Shown here in pieces: positions 42,279 to 55,120 of a stretch of DNA of 64,000 bases. The first letter of the stretch is position 1. Each line of letters starts with the position of its first letter. Location: positions 1,736,001 through 1,800,000 of the forward strand of contig OZ287070.1 of the NCBI GenBank assembly GCA_965645245.1, read 5' to 3'. Source of the DNA: Massalongia carnosa. Its lineage: Eukaryota. The translations under genes were made by a program, and so were the position numbers. Under the pieces are notes generated by a model. That model saw nothing but the letters and a program-made list of their open reading frames with translations. It was not told where the DNA came from and searched no databases.

Positions 42279-43960
42279 TCAAATAATTGAAATCGATTCC
42301 TTTACTCCATCACTGAACCAATTCAACTGCCTGATCTCCCCTAGCCCCACCCTGGAATATTCCCGAACAGTACCCTCAATCCGTCGTAGTAGAAGAACAT
42401 TGTACGATGCTGTATCTTCTCGCGGGAGACGAAAACCTAAACCTTTCAGATGGATGTCGGAAACTCGCAGGCAGTAAATGATATGTCCTGCTGTGGCTGT
42501 GCAGGCCTCATCGAAGTTTGCCCATCCGATGATTTCGCCCATAGGATCAAGGAGCATATGAAGCTTTTATACCAATGATCGCATTGGATTAATGTGATAA
42601 GAAGGACGCCCTAGATCGGTAAAGGAATCCTCATAAACAATGGTTTGTAAACGATCGACAGCATTGAGGGAATATGCCACGGGTCTAATCCAGCCAGTTA
42701 AGTCTAGCCGCCCTGATCAAACCTGTCCAAATCGGTAAAGCCCTTGAACATCTTTGATGCCACAATGTTTTCGATGGCCGATATGTTGATATTTCCACGA
42801 GTATTTAATTTTTGGTAAACGATAGGATCTTCGAGAGCCGTCTAGGACCACGATGGTGCCCTGTATGCGCTTGGCCGAGCGAGATATTCATTTTTGGCCT
42901 GCCAAAGAAGCACTGTCGATAAGGATGATTTCCATATCCCGGCTAGATACTCGTCCTTCGTATGCTTTCCAAATTCGCTCGCCAATCTAGACAACGCTGG
43001 CAGCATGTCCGTGCAACGTGCTAAAGCCCGAGTCTTGTATTCTTATATCATATCAAGCCAATGATTTTCCAACGAGCGGCTGTAGTTAAACCTAGTTGAT
43101 TTCTGAAAGTTTAGCAATTGCTTGAAGAGGCTGTAAGCGCCGAGTTCAGCCCCATCTTCAGCCCGAGAGAGCAATTGGCATTCCCACTAAATCTGTTCCT
43201 TTCCGTAATGCCCGATACGAGGATAGTAAAAATTCCTGTAGAGTCCAGCCGCGAAGACTCAAGGGCCCATGCCGAATGCTTTTGTCAAATTCCGAAACCT
43301 GTGGGCCGACGAAAAATTGACCAATTTTGTCGGAGCCAATGATCTGGTATTCCACCATGACTGGCTTTATCAAAGGATCACTGCGGGGAAGAGAGCAACC
43401 TTGGCTTGAGTCTTTAGATCCAGTAGCGGCAGTTGTGATCAAGGAGTTGGAGTAGATGGAACCCATGTTAGCCGACTTGCGCTCACAATCCTCGCTATCA
43501 TCTTGTATGATGCAAAGAGAGCCTATCCAAAGGAACCTTTGATTCAGTTTACGCGTGATAACGATTGCATCTTGAAAATTTTTGGAAGCGAATTAACGGA
43601 GATAGCGAGTTTGAATGAAACTTTCGAGAGAAGCCTTTAGAGTTCTTATCATATCTTTTGGCTTTGCCCAGCGATGACTTAAAGTAACATACTGCCCCAA
43701 AGGTCCTTTCGTTTCAACAAGCGAGAAGGATAGTGAGCCGTCTATAAGTCCCACATCTAGAAGTCTGGTTGGTAACTTCACGTTGACAATGGGTGATAGT
43801 GACTGCATGGAGTTTCGGTGACGCAGATGCTTCGAACAAGCATAGTGATTCATTTAAAAATCATGTAACCACAGCTTTATTAGATTGAAATTCTGCTCCA
43901 AAGATGGATCGGCATCGACCACTCTGCCGCTGATACCAATCATGCTCTGTCTAGTGGTTG
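42279..43960 (-). pseudogene. Degraded HET (heterokaryon incompatibility) domain gene
   Basis: HET motifs 'LPTRLLDV', 'YVTLSHRW', 'FQDAIVITRKLNQRFLWIGSLCIIQDD', 'MGSIYSNSLIT' and 'PLSLRGWTLQE' are spread over different frames, with an in-frame stop at ~43854-43856 and a frameshift near 43593. C-terminal 'YSRVGLG' remnant. Confidence 0.8.
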
Positions 43961-44179
43961 ACAGAATGAAAACGAGAATGAGAATGTGAACCAAGTCGGT
44001 TAGTAGCGAAGTTGAATACATACGAGTAGTTTGATAGACTCACCAAAACATTCCACTTCCACAAAGTTCCTCGGCATTCGAAGATTTCAAATCCCTATGT
44101 CGTTCATCATCAGTGATTAAGCTGCCTCTATTCCGATTTACTACTTAGCTACCTCAGCGTCTGATCCCCTCAAAGCAGA

Positions 44180-45123
44180 ATGGGCGCACCTGTAGATCAG
44201 CGCGCCGTAACGCCCAATAATGCAAGCAAACCCGCCGATTCCACTCTCTTCAACTCACCCTATGACTTCTCTTTCAATGCCTTTCTCAAACGTGAGTATC
44301 GGTTCGGCTTAGACCCGAATCGTCCGTTCTGCAAAGCTTTCCGCGAAGGCCACTGTCCGCTTGGGAATAAATGCCCCGACAAGCACCAAATCTCGCACTC
44401 GTTCAACAGCCTCATCTGCAAGCATTGGCTGCGCGGCCTATGCAAGAAGGGCGACCAATGCGAGTTTCTGCACGAGTATAATCTGTAAGTTTCAATCGCA
44501 AACACGGCACCATTTTATCATCATTCGCTAATCTAACGCCGAAAAACATCAGACGCCGCATGCCCGAATGTAACCATTACACCCGTACCCTCTACTGCCC
44601 CAACGGCGACGAATGCCTCTACCTCCACATCGACCCCACCACCAAACTAACCCCCTGCCCGCACTACGACCGCGGCTTCTGCCCTCTCGGCCCGCGCTGC
44701 TCCCAAAAACACGCGCGCCGCAACCAACTCTGTCGTTTCTACCTCGCCGGCTTCTGCCCCTACGGCAGCAGCAACACCACCACCACTGGTGGCGGCGCCA
44801 ACACCACCAATACCACCGCCACTACCGCCGCAACCACCAACGCCACCAACAATAGTCAGACCAACAACCGGTCCGTCCCTACCTGCCCCGAAGGCGCCCA
44901 TCCCCGCTGGCCAGCCAACCTCCCCCCGCCAACAGTGAAGATCGAACGCACCGCCGAGCAGCTCGAGCGCGAACGGACTCGCATCCGGGAGGAGGGCGAG
45001 CGGGAGGAGGAGCGGGAGTGGGAGCGGCGGGAGGGGAATCGCCGCGAGGGGCGGGGCGGTAGGGATCGTGATGGTGGCAAGGGGAGGTTCTTGAGGCGGA
45101 AAAGGGGCGGGTGGGGCGCTTGA
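44180..45123 (+). CDS. YTH1: mRNA 3'-end processing factor Yth1/CPSF30 (CCCH zinc fingers)
   Basis: '[55 protein letters not shown]'. Intron ~44485-44552. Confidence 0.95.
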
Positions 45124-45575
45124 GCGCTGTGAACTTTTGCTTTAGAATTACTAATCGCAATATTAATTGTATTGGGAATGTCTACACCCTCTTCATTCTC
45201 CGTGTTTTTCGTTCTTTGTGTTCCGTTCCGTTCCGTACCCGTTTCGTTTCTTCTCATCATCGCGTTTTATTCCTTGATACTTCCCTTTCTTCGCGCGCGA
45301 GATACTTAAGTTAGTACCTACTAAGGCCATCTCTCACGTGCTTTTCCGCTTTTCTTTTCTTCGCCGAGGCCGCCTTTTGAATCCCCTCTGCTCTATGAGA
45401 GGTACGATATTCACCCCCTCTCCTTGTGGATTTAAAGGAAAGAGAGAAGAAGGTTGGATTTGAGTTGAAATTTCATGTAATTGAGGGGAGGAGGATATAT
45501 ACCCTGAAAGCCCCGGATTTCCAACAATTACCCCGCTGACATCTCCATCATTGACTAAATAGCCAGCACTATAAA

Positions 45576-47050
45576 TCAATACGCCCCCCCCTCCACTTTC
45601 TCCCACTCTGCACTTTCCTCCCCACGCCCATGCCCTCCATATCCCAAGCCTCCGCCTCCGAGACCCCCACCGCCCCGACCTCTGAGCATCCATCCCACCA
45701 CTCCCCCTGGAACCCACCTTCCCACAAAGTCGTACGCCCGACTACCTTTTCCCACGAACACCGTCCCACCCCTGCCTAAGCCGCCAACCATAGCGTCAAA
45801 GACAGCAACGTGTAGGTCTCGCAATGGACTCCCTCTCACTAACGATTTCTTCCCCCGAATAGCCGCCGCGGCATCTTCCCTTGCATACCGCGCGCGAGCT
45901 GATTCTTCGCGTTGTGAAGATGCTTCCTCGCCACTCGACGAAGTGACGCTGGGAGTTCGGAGGGATGTGGGCACCAGAGCCCGACTCGTGGGGCCGTAAT
46001 CGAAAAGGCCGAGTTTGAAATGAACGATGTTGAGGTCCAACGTAGATGTTTCTTGGCGCAAGGTAGCAATATAAGCACCCCATGCGGCCGCAGTGACGTT
46101 TTCAAGGGCGTGCGAGGCAGGATTGAGAGGGGGTATTATAGCCGGGGATAGGATTAGTAGGGAAGATTTGTGGGTTATAAGCAAGGGCAAAAAGGCGTTG
46201 AGGGTTGTAAAGGGGGCGAGGAGGTGGCTCGTTAGAGTATCGTCCCAGGTTTCAGGGGGGAGGTGGGAGATGTGAGATGCAGGTGGCGGGGATGGTGGAA
46301 GAAGAATAAGGGAGGTAAGGTGGAGTGTATGCGGAGGGGTATGGGGAAGGGGATGGTGAGATCGGGAGAGGAGGGAGGAGAGTTTGGAGAGGGAGTCGGC
46401 TGTTGAGGTTGGCTATGGGTTGTGAGTATATTTCTTAGTGAAGGAGAAAAGGATGAACAGGAGTGAAGTGGACGAACCGAGGTTAAATCCAAGTTCAACG
46501 GCCTTATATCAACCCGCGACTCGGATTGTACTAGCTGTTCTTCCGAAAGGTCGGTGACGGGGATATACACGATGAATCTTCTCCGCTCTAGGTCAAGTGC
46601 GAGTGAGCGCGTGAGCGGTGAATGTGGTGAGCCGGCCAAGACAACGACTTCAGTCCTTGAGCCATTTTTTGCCCGTCGAGCATGCCGCTTGGCGCTATGG
46701 GATCGTCTTTTGCGGCGTTGCCAAATAATGACGCAGGTGCCGGTGCCTACAAAGGCGACAATGGCGGCTGTGAGGGCCCGATGGCGGGATATCCAGTCTT
46801 TGCTGTATGCCAAATAACCAAGCGGAGCGGCGAGTAAAACAGGGCGGACAGCATGGGGAATGGACTTCTGGGGGGGTTTTATGGAGTCGGGGAGCCAGGA
46901 GGTGTTGCGGAGAGCATCGTTTATGGAGGCGGCAACGGACGCGAAATGGGAGTCGATCGTATGGCTGATTTTGTTGATTTCATCATTAATGGAGGTGAGG
47001 TCAGGGATCAACGATTCGAAAGACGAGGGTTCACCACCATTGCGTGCCAT
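45576..47050 (-). CDS. DUF1776 (Ysc83-like) membrane-anchored protein
   Basis: TM segment 'ALTAAIVAFVGTGTCVIIW' followed by 'RAKNGSRTEVVVLAGSPHSPLTRSLALDLERR', 'GSPLRDLHVAVFDA', 'VGKGSRAYDFVGRWVP'. One intron near 46410-46478. Confidence 0.75.
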
Positions 47051-47444
47051 GCTGTGAGGAGGTGAAGTTGAAAGATTTCGAAGCTGGCGGCGGCGGGGAT
47101 GACGAACTAAGTTAGCAGCTTTCTGCCGATATATATCAGCACGTGACTTTGACTGCTTGTCAACATATCTTTTCTTTTCTTCGTTAGCTGCTGGAATGAA
47201 CTCCAATCGCCGGCAAGGATCCAAGATGCCCAAGCTCTTTCCTATTATGTCGTTCTTCGGTGCCTGGTATTTGAGTGTTTCAAGAATGGAGCGAATCGTG
47301 AATTACAAAGGCGATTCATAAGCGCTTCTATTCAATTCTACCCCTTCTAGATGCCACGCAAGCATCCATCTTTCTCTTGGATTTTTCTCTTGGATTACTT
47401 CTTCCCTTTCTAAATCACTGAAGTTCCACCTGTCTGTTGCCAAA

Positions 47445-48853
47445 ATGCTCGAGCATGACCCTCTCATCTCAGAATACGAGCATGAGAAATTCCGCCCCCG
47501 AGAGGCAGATGCCCTTCAAACCCTCCGCAAAGTCGCCTCATTGGTCAAACCCATAATGCGACAGCGAGGATGGAAGGTCGGCATTCTCACCGAGTTCTGG
47601 CCGCCGGAGAAAAATCTACTGGGTCTGAACTGGAATAAAGGTCAAAAAATCTGTCTGCGCCTTCGATATCCACACGATGAACGGCAATTCATCCCTCTGG
47701 AAGAGGTGGTTGATACTATGCTACACGAGTATGAATATCTCCCTCTCTCAACCCCTATCGTAAACACTATAATCTCCATACTAACCAAAACCTCTCTCCC
47801 TTCCGTAGACTCTGCCATATTGTCCATGGCCCGCACGACGAACCATTCCACATCCTTTGGAACCAGCTGCGTACCGAGCACGAACAGCTCATCCGAAAAG
47901 GCTACACAGGTGAAGGTTTTCTCTCTGCCGGCCACAAACTTGGAGGGGGCCGTATTCCCCGACACGAAGCCCAGCGCCGCGCCCGCATCGCCGCGGAAAA
48001 ACGCCGCACGCTGACCGCTGGCTCTGGCCAGAAACTCGGTGGCGCTCCTGTGCGGCGTGGTGAGGATATCCGACGGGTAATTGCGGAGGCGGCGACGCGT
48101 CGGGCGAACGCGGCGAAGGGGTGCGCGAGCGGGACGGAGCGGGGACGGGGGATTGTGGAGGAGACGGCCAAGAACGGGACGCGGACGAAGGCGGACGCGG
48201 AGGATGCGCAGGAGGAGGCTATCATGCTGGCGTATATCGACTTGATCCAGGAAGAGGAGAAGGAGAAATACGGCGAGGGATACGTCCCTGCAAGCAAAGA
48301 GAATCCGGCCGGAAGCCAGGGCGCCGCGGCCGCAGCAGCAGCCGGGAAATCGACAGGGGCTATAGCGATCGCTGTGAACGACCCCTCACCACCGCCTCCT
48401 GCTATTCCTGAATCGACAAAACCCGCTCCGGTGATTGATCTCACCTCTACTCCTCCGAAGGACGACTCCTGGACCTGCGACATCTGCACCCTCGTCAACC
48501 CATCCAGCTATCTCTGCTGCGACGCTTGCAGCACCGAACGTCCCGACTTTTCCTTCCCTCAACACCATCCTTCCACCTCCTCCTCATCTTCCTCGTCCTC
48601 GAATCGCCGCCCACAACCCAATCCAACCACCACCACCACCACCACCACCACTTCCACCAACTCCTCCACCACACGCCTCCCTCCTCCCTCGAAAAAACAA
48701 AAAGACAGCATCCAATCTCTCATCGCCCTAGAAAAAGCCGCGCAGGCAAAACCCTCCCAACCGCTCGGTTGGCTGTGCCAGCGTTGCGGCAACTTCATGG
48801 AGAGCGAGTGGTGGACGTGTGCGCGGTGCGGGGTTATGAGGAGGAAGAGCTGA
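47445..48853 (+). CDS. WSS1: Wss1-like DNA-dependent metalloprotease (WLM domain plus RanBP2-type zinc fingers)
   Basis: 'LRKVASLVKPIMRQRGWKV..LLGLNWNKGQKICLRLR..TMLHE|LCH..HGPH' (HExxH split by an intron ~47729-47809). C-terminal 'WTCDICTLVN..CDAC' and 'WLCQRC..WWTCARC'. Confidence 0.9.
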
Positions 48854-49443
48854 TTTTGTAGGATGTTGAGAGGAGTAATCTGCACATTCTGTTTAGTTCC
48901 TATGTTCCGTCGCGCATAACGTTGGAGAGCGAGGGGAGTCCCTTCTTCTCCCTTCTCCCCTCTTCCCCAAACATATATATTCACACGAATCAATCGATCA
49001 CCTGCTGATCCGTCCGCTCCCTCTACCAACTAAACCTCCCCCTTTCACCCTAAACTATTTCCAAGAAAGAAAGAATATAGTCAGTCCATCCGCCCCTTTC
49101 CATTCATACGGTTGCGCGGCTTTTGCTCAAGAACAATGAATAACAATGAATAATAATAATTTTCCTCCTTTCCGTCTCTCAAGGAAACCCCCCCCCCCCC
49201 CCCCAGGGGAAAACTATATATGCAAAAGCGAATCAAACTTTCCCATCAATCATGAACCTGCTACGCTAACCCCCCATCTCTACCCTCCTGTCCTAGACCC
49301 CCTTTCCCCCCCCCCCCTCGGGGGCAGCCAGTGAAAGAAATTATTATGATTATCCATCCATTCAATCAATCTGTTTCCTTTCCATTATCCACTCTCTCAC
49401 CAGCCAAAAGCCCTGCCCCCTGCCCCCTTGCCCCCCCTTAGAC

Positions 49444-52400
49444 TCAGAAAAACCTTCTCCACCGACTCTCCCGATAAGCTTCAATGCCACCATACCCCTT
49501 CCCAGCCCCTACACTCGCCCTCTTCCCACCACCATCACCCTCGAGTTCAGTCGTGCTAGAATGGTGGTCGCCAGCATCATCCAGGGTATTCCCAAAGCGT
49601 GAATCAACTGTAGCACTTGGGCTTCCGTTCCCATTACCCACGCGGCCGACAGCCCCTACCCGTCCATTACCGCCAAACGTCCCCCGGCCATCCCCCCGTT
49701 CTCGACCTTCGGTCGGCCCCGCCATGCCCAACATGTCATCGACCTTGCTCGCTCGTCTCTCAGGGTCCTGTCTCCTTTGCACCACACTTCCTTGTCTTGC
49801 TCCGAAACCCGCTGCATCCCGCGCGTTTCCTACATCTCCACTTCTTCGTGAATTCCTCCATTCGCCCCTCCCAACCCCTCCCCGTTCACTTTCACTATCG
49901 CTCCCTGTGCCGCTTTCCTCGCTATAATCCCCACCCCACTCGCCTTTTCCCTGCGCTTTGGCCAGACCGGACTTCCTCCTCCCGCCAGCACCTATGCTCC
50001 CCATCCTACTGATCCATGATTTTTTACTATAGACCGCTTCATTGCGATCCTCAAGCCCTTTGTAAAATAGCGTGGGGATCAGCAGACGGTAAGGTACAGT
50101 GATCCCGGCGGGGTCCTTCTGGCTAACTTCGCAATTAAGCGCTACGTCTAGCCCGTGCTCGAGATTGATGTAGCCGTCTGCGTGGTCGTCTTCATCGCCT
50201 CTTGTGAAGGCCTTCCCGCTCATGTTGGTTGGGCGGCGGTGGAAATTCCCAGGGCGTGGAAGGGGTGCCGAGCTCTGGCGTAAGGGATTGTTGAGCATGC
50301 CGTTGGTGGCTGGGGGAGAAGCTTGGGATCCGTGGCGAGGGGTAAAGTAGCCCTCATCTATGGGAGATTGAATGGGCGAGGATCCGCCGAGTGGTGGAGA
50401 GGGGCGATATTGGGTGGATAGTGGATACTCCTTGGATGGAGGGGGTCCTCGCTGCGAAAGTCGCCTAAAGAGATTTCCTGGCTTCACATCATTTCTTGTG
50501 AGGGAGAGGGTTCGCTGAAGGCGATTTGGCGGTCTCTGAGGCTCATCACTTGGAAGAGGAGATTCTGATACCGGGGGTGTTGGTGGAGGCGTTGTCCCTG
50601 CACAACTCTGCAGATTAGCAGCCATCCTGCACGCACGACGGCAACATTTGCTGACCTGGATGATATTCTCTGATAGAGCACCAATTGCGACGTGGTAATA
50701 GGCGCTTGTTATTCCTTGGCTTCCCGTCCACATCATGGGAGAACATTGGGATCATATCCTCATCGGTCTGAAAGCAACCAAATCAGCGTGCCATTTTTGG
50801 ATACGTCGAGCGATTGGATTACCTCATGGTCAAGATGATGTATCTTGTTGCGCTTGTTCAGGATATCCCCAATCATCTCCGGAGGAGGTGTGTTGACAAT
50901 TGCAGAAGAAATGATATTGGCCATATATCGATGATCCTGATCCTTGGGTATCTTCAACTTCGGATTCGAAAAAAACTGGCCCACGGCCGCCAGATGTACA
51001 TCACCGCTACAGTAAGGGGTCAGCACTGTTTCCTCAGAGGTCTAGAAATGCATTCTTACCCGAGGATTGTAACCCTAACCGACTTCTCGGCGGCTAGTTC
51101 CTGAAGCTCTTGCACAAACCAATTTCTCTCTCGCTTGTGGTTCTTCGACGTCCAGTGGTCATCGAGATCATCCAAGATCTCTACGCCTCCGTCAAATTTG
51201 TTAAGGAAACCTCCGAGAATGCCGGCACGGCCTATGGCTTTTATGGGATCCATCACTTTGCTGGTTAGCAGGTTTTCCAGCCACACTAATCTGGGATACG
51301 CAATTGGCACTCCTAGCAGCACGATCAGGTGTTTTGTTTCACCCTCAATGATCTCTCGTCTGCATCGATCAAACGCAAGGTCGTAGGATGCCTCGCTAAG
51401 AACCTCAGTTCTCTGCAAAGAGTTAGCGTTATGTGTAAAAATGCTGAAAAACATAATCTCACCATGCGCTCTGTTCTGCAGTCAAGGCCAAGAAATGCAA
51501 CATGTTTTCCAAGGAACATAAAAACGCTTCTACTAAGTTCGCCGATATAAGGCCCGGGAGAAGCTCCAAGCAGCCAGCTGGGTTCATCCGCCATGCTTTC
51601 ATCCACAACACTTTGATGTTGAAATAGCATGTAATATTTGAATGCAACCGCGCCAACACCACAGAACACAGGCGTTCGCATAAAGCGATCGGGATAAGAT
51701 CCAAAGCCGTCGATAATATCTATCGTAATCACCATTAGGACTCCGAAAATTCCCATTACATTTCAGTCGGTTAAGCTTAGAAGCAGCTCAAGAATTCCAG
51801 CAGAGGTTCAACCTACCGTGGTCATCCCACATGTTGATCATGGGTATCTGAGAATTCGCCATTCCAAAAAGACCTTGAGAAAACCACATTGAATACCTCT
51901 CCAGATAGAATACCTCGAGTTCTTCCTGCATCTGTGGAGTAAACGGGGCTTCATGTTTGTGATGTGGATTCTTGATACGCAGCCATTCTTGGAAAAGAGT
52001 GGTTTGGCTCATTACCGCGTCGTTGTAGATCTGATCTCCTCCACCAATCATGACATGAAATGGTCGCATTTGATGACTATTGAGTACATCTCGCCACATC
52101 GGATCCGGCCCTGAAAAGTGGTCTGGGCTGTTGATTGATGTCCGTTAGCGCTTGACACAGAGCCAGATGCTTGAGGCTTACTTGACGCTCATGCTGAAGC
52201 CATTGCAGCTATGGAACATGACATTCATGGTTTGTCCCCGCGCTGGAACCCAAAAGCCAACTGAAGCAGAGTTGTTGATTCGATAAGCAATCCGAACCTG
52301 TCGCTCGCCCAATTCAACTTCGAGGTTGAATCTCCAGAACGTAACGCCACGTTCTGCATGCAATCTTACGCCTTGTGTTTGCTGATACCTTGTGGGCCCA

Positions 52401-55120
52401 TTTTTGTTTCTACGGCCACTTTTGGTATTAGCAGATGGAGATGTGATATCACGCTTAGGCCGATTGGTAGGTTGACCGTAGGAGGTTGGAACCGCAGCCG
52501 TGCGGGTTTCTTCAAAAAGCCCAGTGTCGTCCTCCACACGTGACAGATCAACTTCTTCTTCCAGGTCTTCTACCGGCTTTACATACACGGTGGTTCCAGT
52601 CCTTGATAGCTTTGGTAGCCCTGCTATTGGATCAAGATATTCAGGAGGAAGGGTATGACCGCTTTCATCATTGGCTTGCGGTGGTGGCGGGGGTAAAAGA
52701 TCGACGGGTTCCGGGTAAAGTCGTAAAACGGGGGCGGGATTGTATGATGAGTTGGTGTCCACCGTCACAATCATTACGCTGCCACGCCAAGTTTCGCGCT
52801 CCGTGGTTGATTGTAAGCTGTGAGCACTCGTACCATGAAGCTTTTCCCTTTTAAGGCCTGCATACCGCAGGAGTGGTCCACATTTGAGGTATAGTGGCGG
52901 ATCAAACGATACGGATGGTGGTACTGGCCGTATGCGGATTGACCGCATACTTCTGGTTAGCTCTTTGCTCATGTATGGCTTGCAAATATGATAGAGATGG
53001 GAAACATCATGCTCTGAAAGATGAGGGCAGGAATGAGAGTAGGCGGTGGAAAGACTAAAGTTTCGACCCTCCCTTCCACGCAACGAGGATCTAAACCTTG
53101 GCCGCCCCGACAGTAAAACATCATTCGCTATGTATTGCCTCAATTGAGCAGAACCCATGCTATTCGCATTTTGGGGTGAATGGTGTAGCTGAAATTGAAA
53201 CAAAGAGACCTCCTTACCGTACGACTCGTCATAGCCTCCGTCAAATGATTGTGTATCTCTCTTGCTTCTAATCTTAGAAGAGCCGCTTGGTCCACCGCTT
53301 TCCCACCACGCGCTTTGGCTTGCCGTGTTGGTGTTCCTTGGGTTCAAATCAGCCATTGTCAAACGTGCTACTCCCCCTTGTTTCCAGTCGTGTGCACGCC
53401 TTGTGTTCAACGCAGGTCTATTATCTATAACTGGATCTGGCTGTCGGTTGGGATGCAGAATATTAGACAAGTGATGATTATGATGAACTGGCATGTCTAT
53501 GGCCCCGTTTCGATTAGTACCGATGCCGTTTTGATTTGCGGCCTCCATTAGACTCCTATTTTGAAAGTCACTTTCATACTTTGCGGTATCGTGATTAATG
53601 GATGAAGTGGCCATAGGCATAGACTTGGTTACGCCTCGATCAGCCAACGGGGAAGCCTTGCCCTTTGGAGACTCTAATTTCGTGCTGCGTGGTAGTTGTT
53701 GCTGGGGCGGTCTTGGCTTTGAAACGTTATTACCCAGGAATGATTGGTCTCGATTGGACCGATCTCGGTCGTCTGGTGGACTCCGTGCTCCACTGGTAAG
53801 TAATGCAGATCCTGGTTCTTCCAGTTGGCTTGACTTGGAATGGCGACGACGATCTCCTGGTCTGGATTCAAGATGATTATTCGGGTCTGGCTCAAACGAA
53901 GGTGGCGGTTGTTGATTCTGGAATCTTACGGCTCGTTCGGGCTGCATCATGGGGTCAGAGACACCCGTAGGTCGACCGGGGGCTTTCTGGGCAGGATCAT
54001 GAGAGGCCGGTACTTTTGATACTGGGGCAATACGTCGTGAATCTAACCGCGGATTAATCTCGGGCTTTGGGGAGCCTTGCTGTCTCGGTCGAGAGACTTT
54101 GGGGGTATCGATGAACTCTGATTGTTCGCGGGGATGTTTCGAGGTGCCTAAATTGTGATTTATAATTTCTTTCTCCTGTGCTTTACGAGCATCGTCGGAA
54201 CGTACACTTCTTGACTTTTCATCCATACCAGCCGAAGCACGCCTAGATTGTCTATTGTTCAAAGTCATATCGATCTCTTGACTCGAGCTACCAGGTTTGT
54301 TGCCGGCGTTAAACTCCCTCAATAGTCTCTCGGCTTCCTCCACACGAGCCCTTTTTTCTTCCTTGCTGATGTCGTTGAATGTGACCTCAAGCTTCTGTAA
54401 GGGCGAGCGCTCCGTCCATTCCGTCCGCGGCTCCGCTAGGCCCGCCGAGGCCCGCCTGGTAGTGGATCGAGAGACAGAGTTTGACGCATCGTCCTCGGAT
54501 TTGTGTGGGACTGCACTGGTCGATACTAGCCTCAAAGGCTTTACGTCCCTGCCGTGAAATTGTCTTGGGGTATTGGTAGATGATGAGTATGGCGGAGAGC
54601 TGGAGCCAGCGGTAGGAGATGAAACTGGCGCACGATATGATTTCTGGACTGCTGCATATAGCGCACCTGGGGGGCGGCTTGTACTTGCGCGACGGTTGGG
54701 AATCGATGTCTGCACCAGCGGATCCAAATCCTCCCCACGGATCCGTGGCGGAACAAACTCGCTGGACGTAGCACGAATGCGTGCTGCGAAAGAAGTGGAG
54801 TTAATGTTCTTGGGGCTGTTGGGATCTACGTCCTCGTAAGGATTGCGATACGAGACCGGCAGCGGCTTCGGCAATTCTGGTGCTACAGGTGGAGGTGGAG
54901 GTTCATTGCGGGCGCTTCCACTCACTCGTCGCCTTCGGGAGGTTGTCCTTGCAACGCCATTTCCTTGTGCGCCATCGGGCAGGCGAGACCGCTCCGGGTA
55001 TTGGGAAGCGGGAAGGAGCGACGGCAATGGATATCTTGGATTGACCTTCAAAGGGCCCTGTGGAGGGTTCGATAGCGGCGGAGGGTTGCGCGACGGTGCA
55101 GAGGCTTGGGAGACGTTCAT
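49444..55120 (-). CDS. PhoD-like phosphatase-domain protein with long disordered N- and C-termini, multi-exon
   Basis: 'LKCGPLLRY', 'MFHSCNGFS', 'PFHVMIGGGDQIYND', 'MWDDH|DIIDGFGSYP', 'LDCRTER', 'LLGVPIAYPRL', 'DDLDDHW', 'GDVHLAA', 'IISSAIVNTPPP'. Confidence 0.85.
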
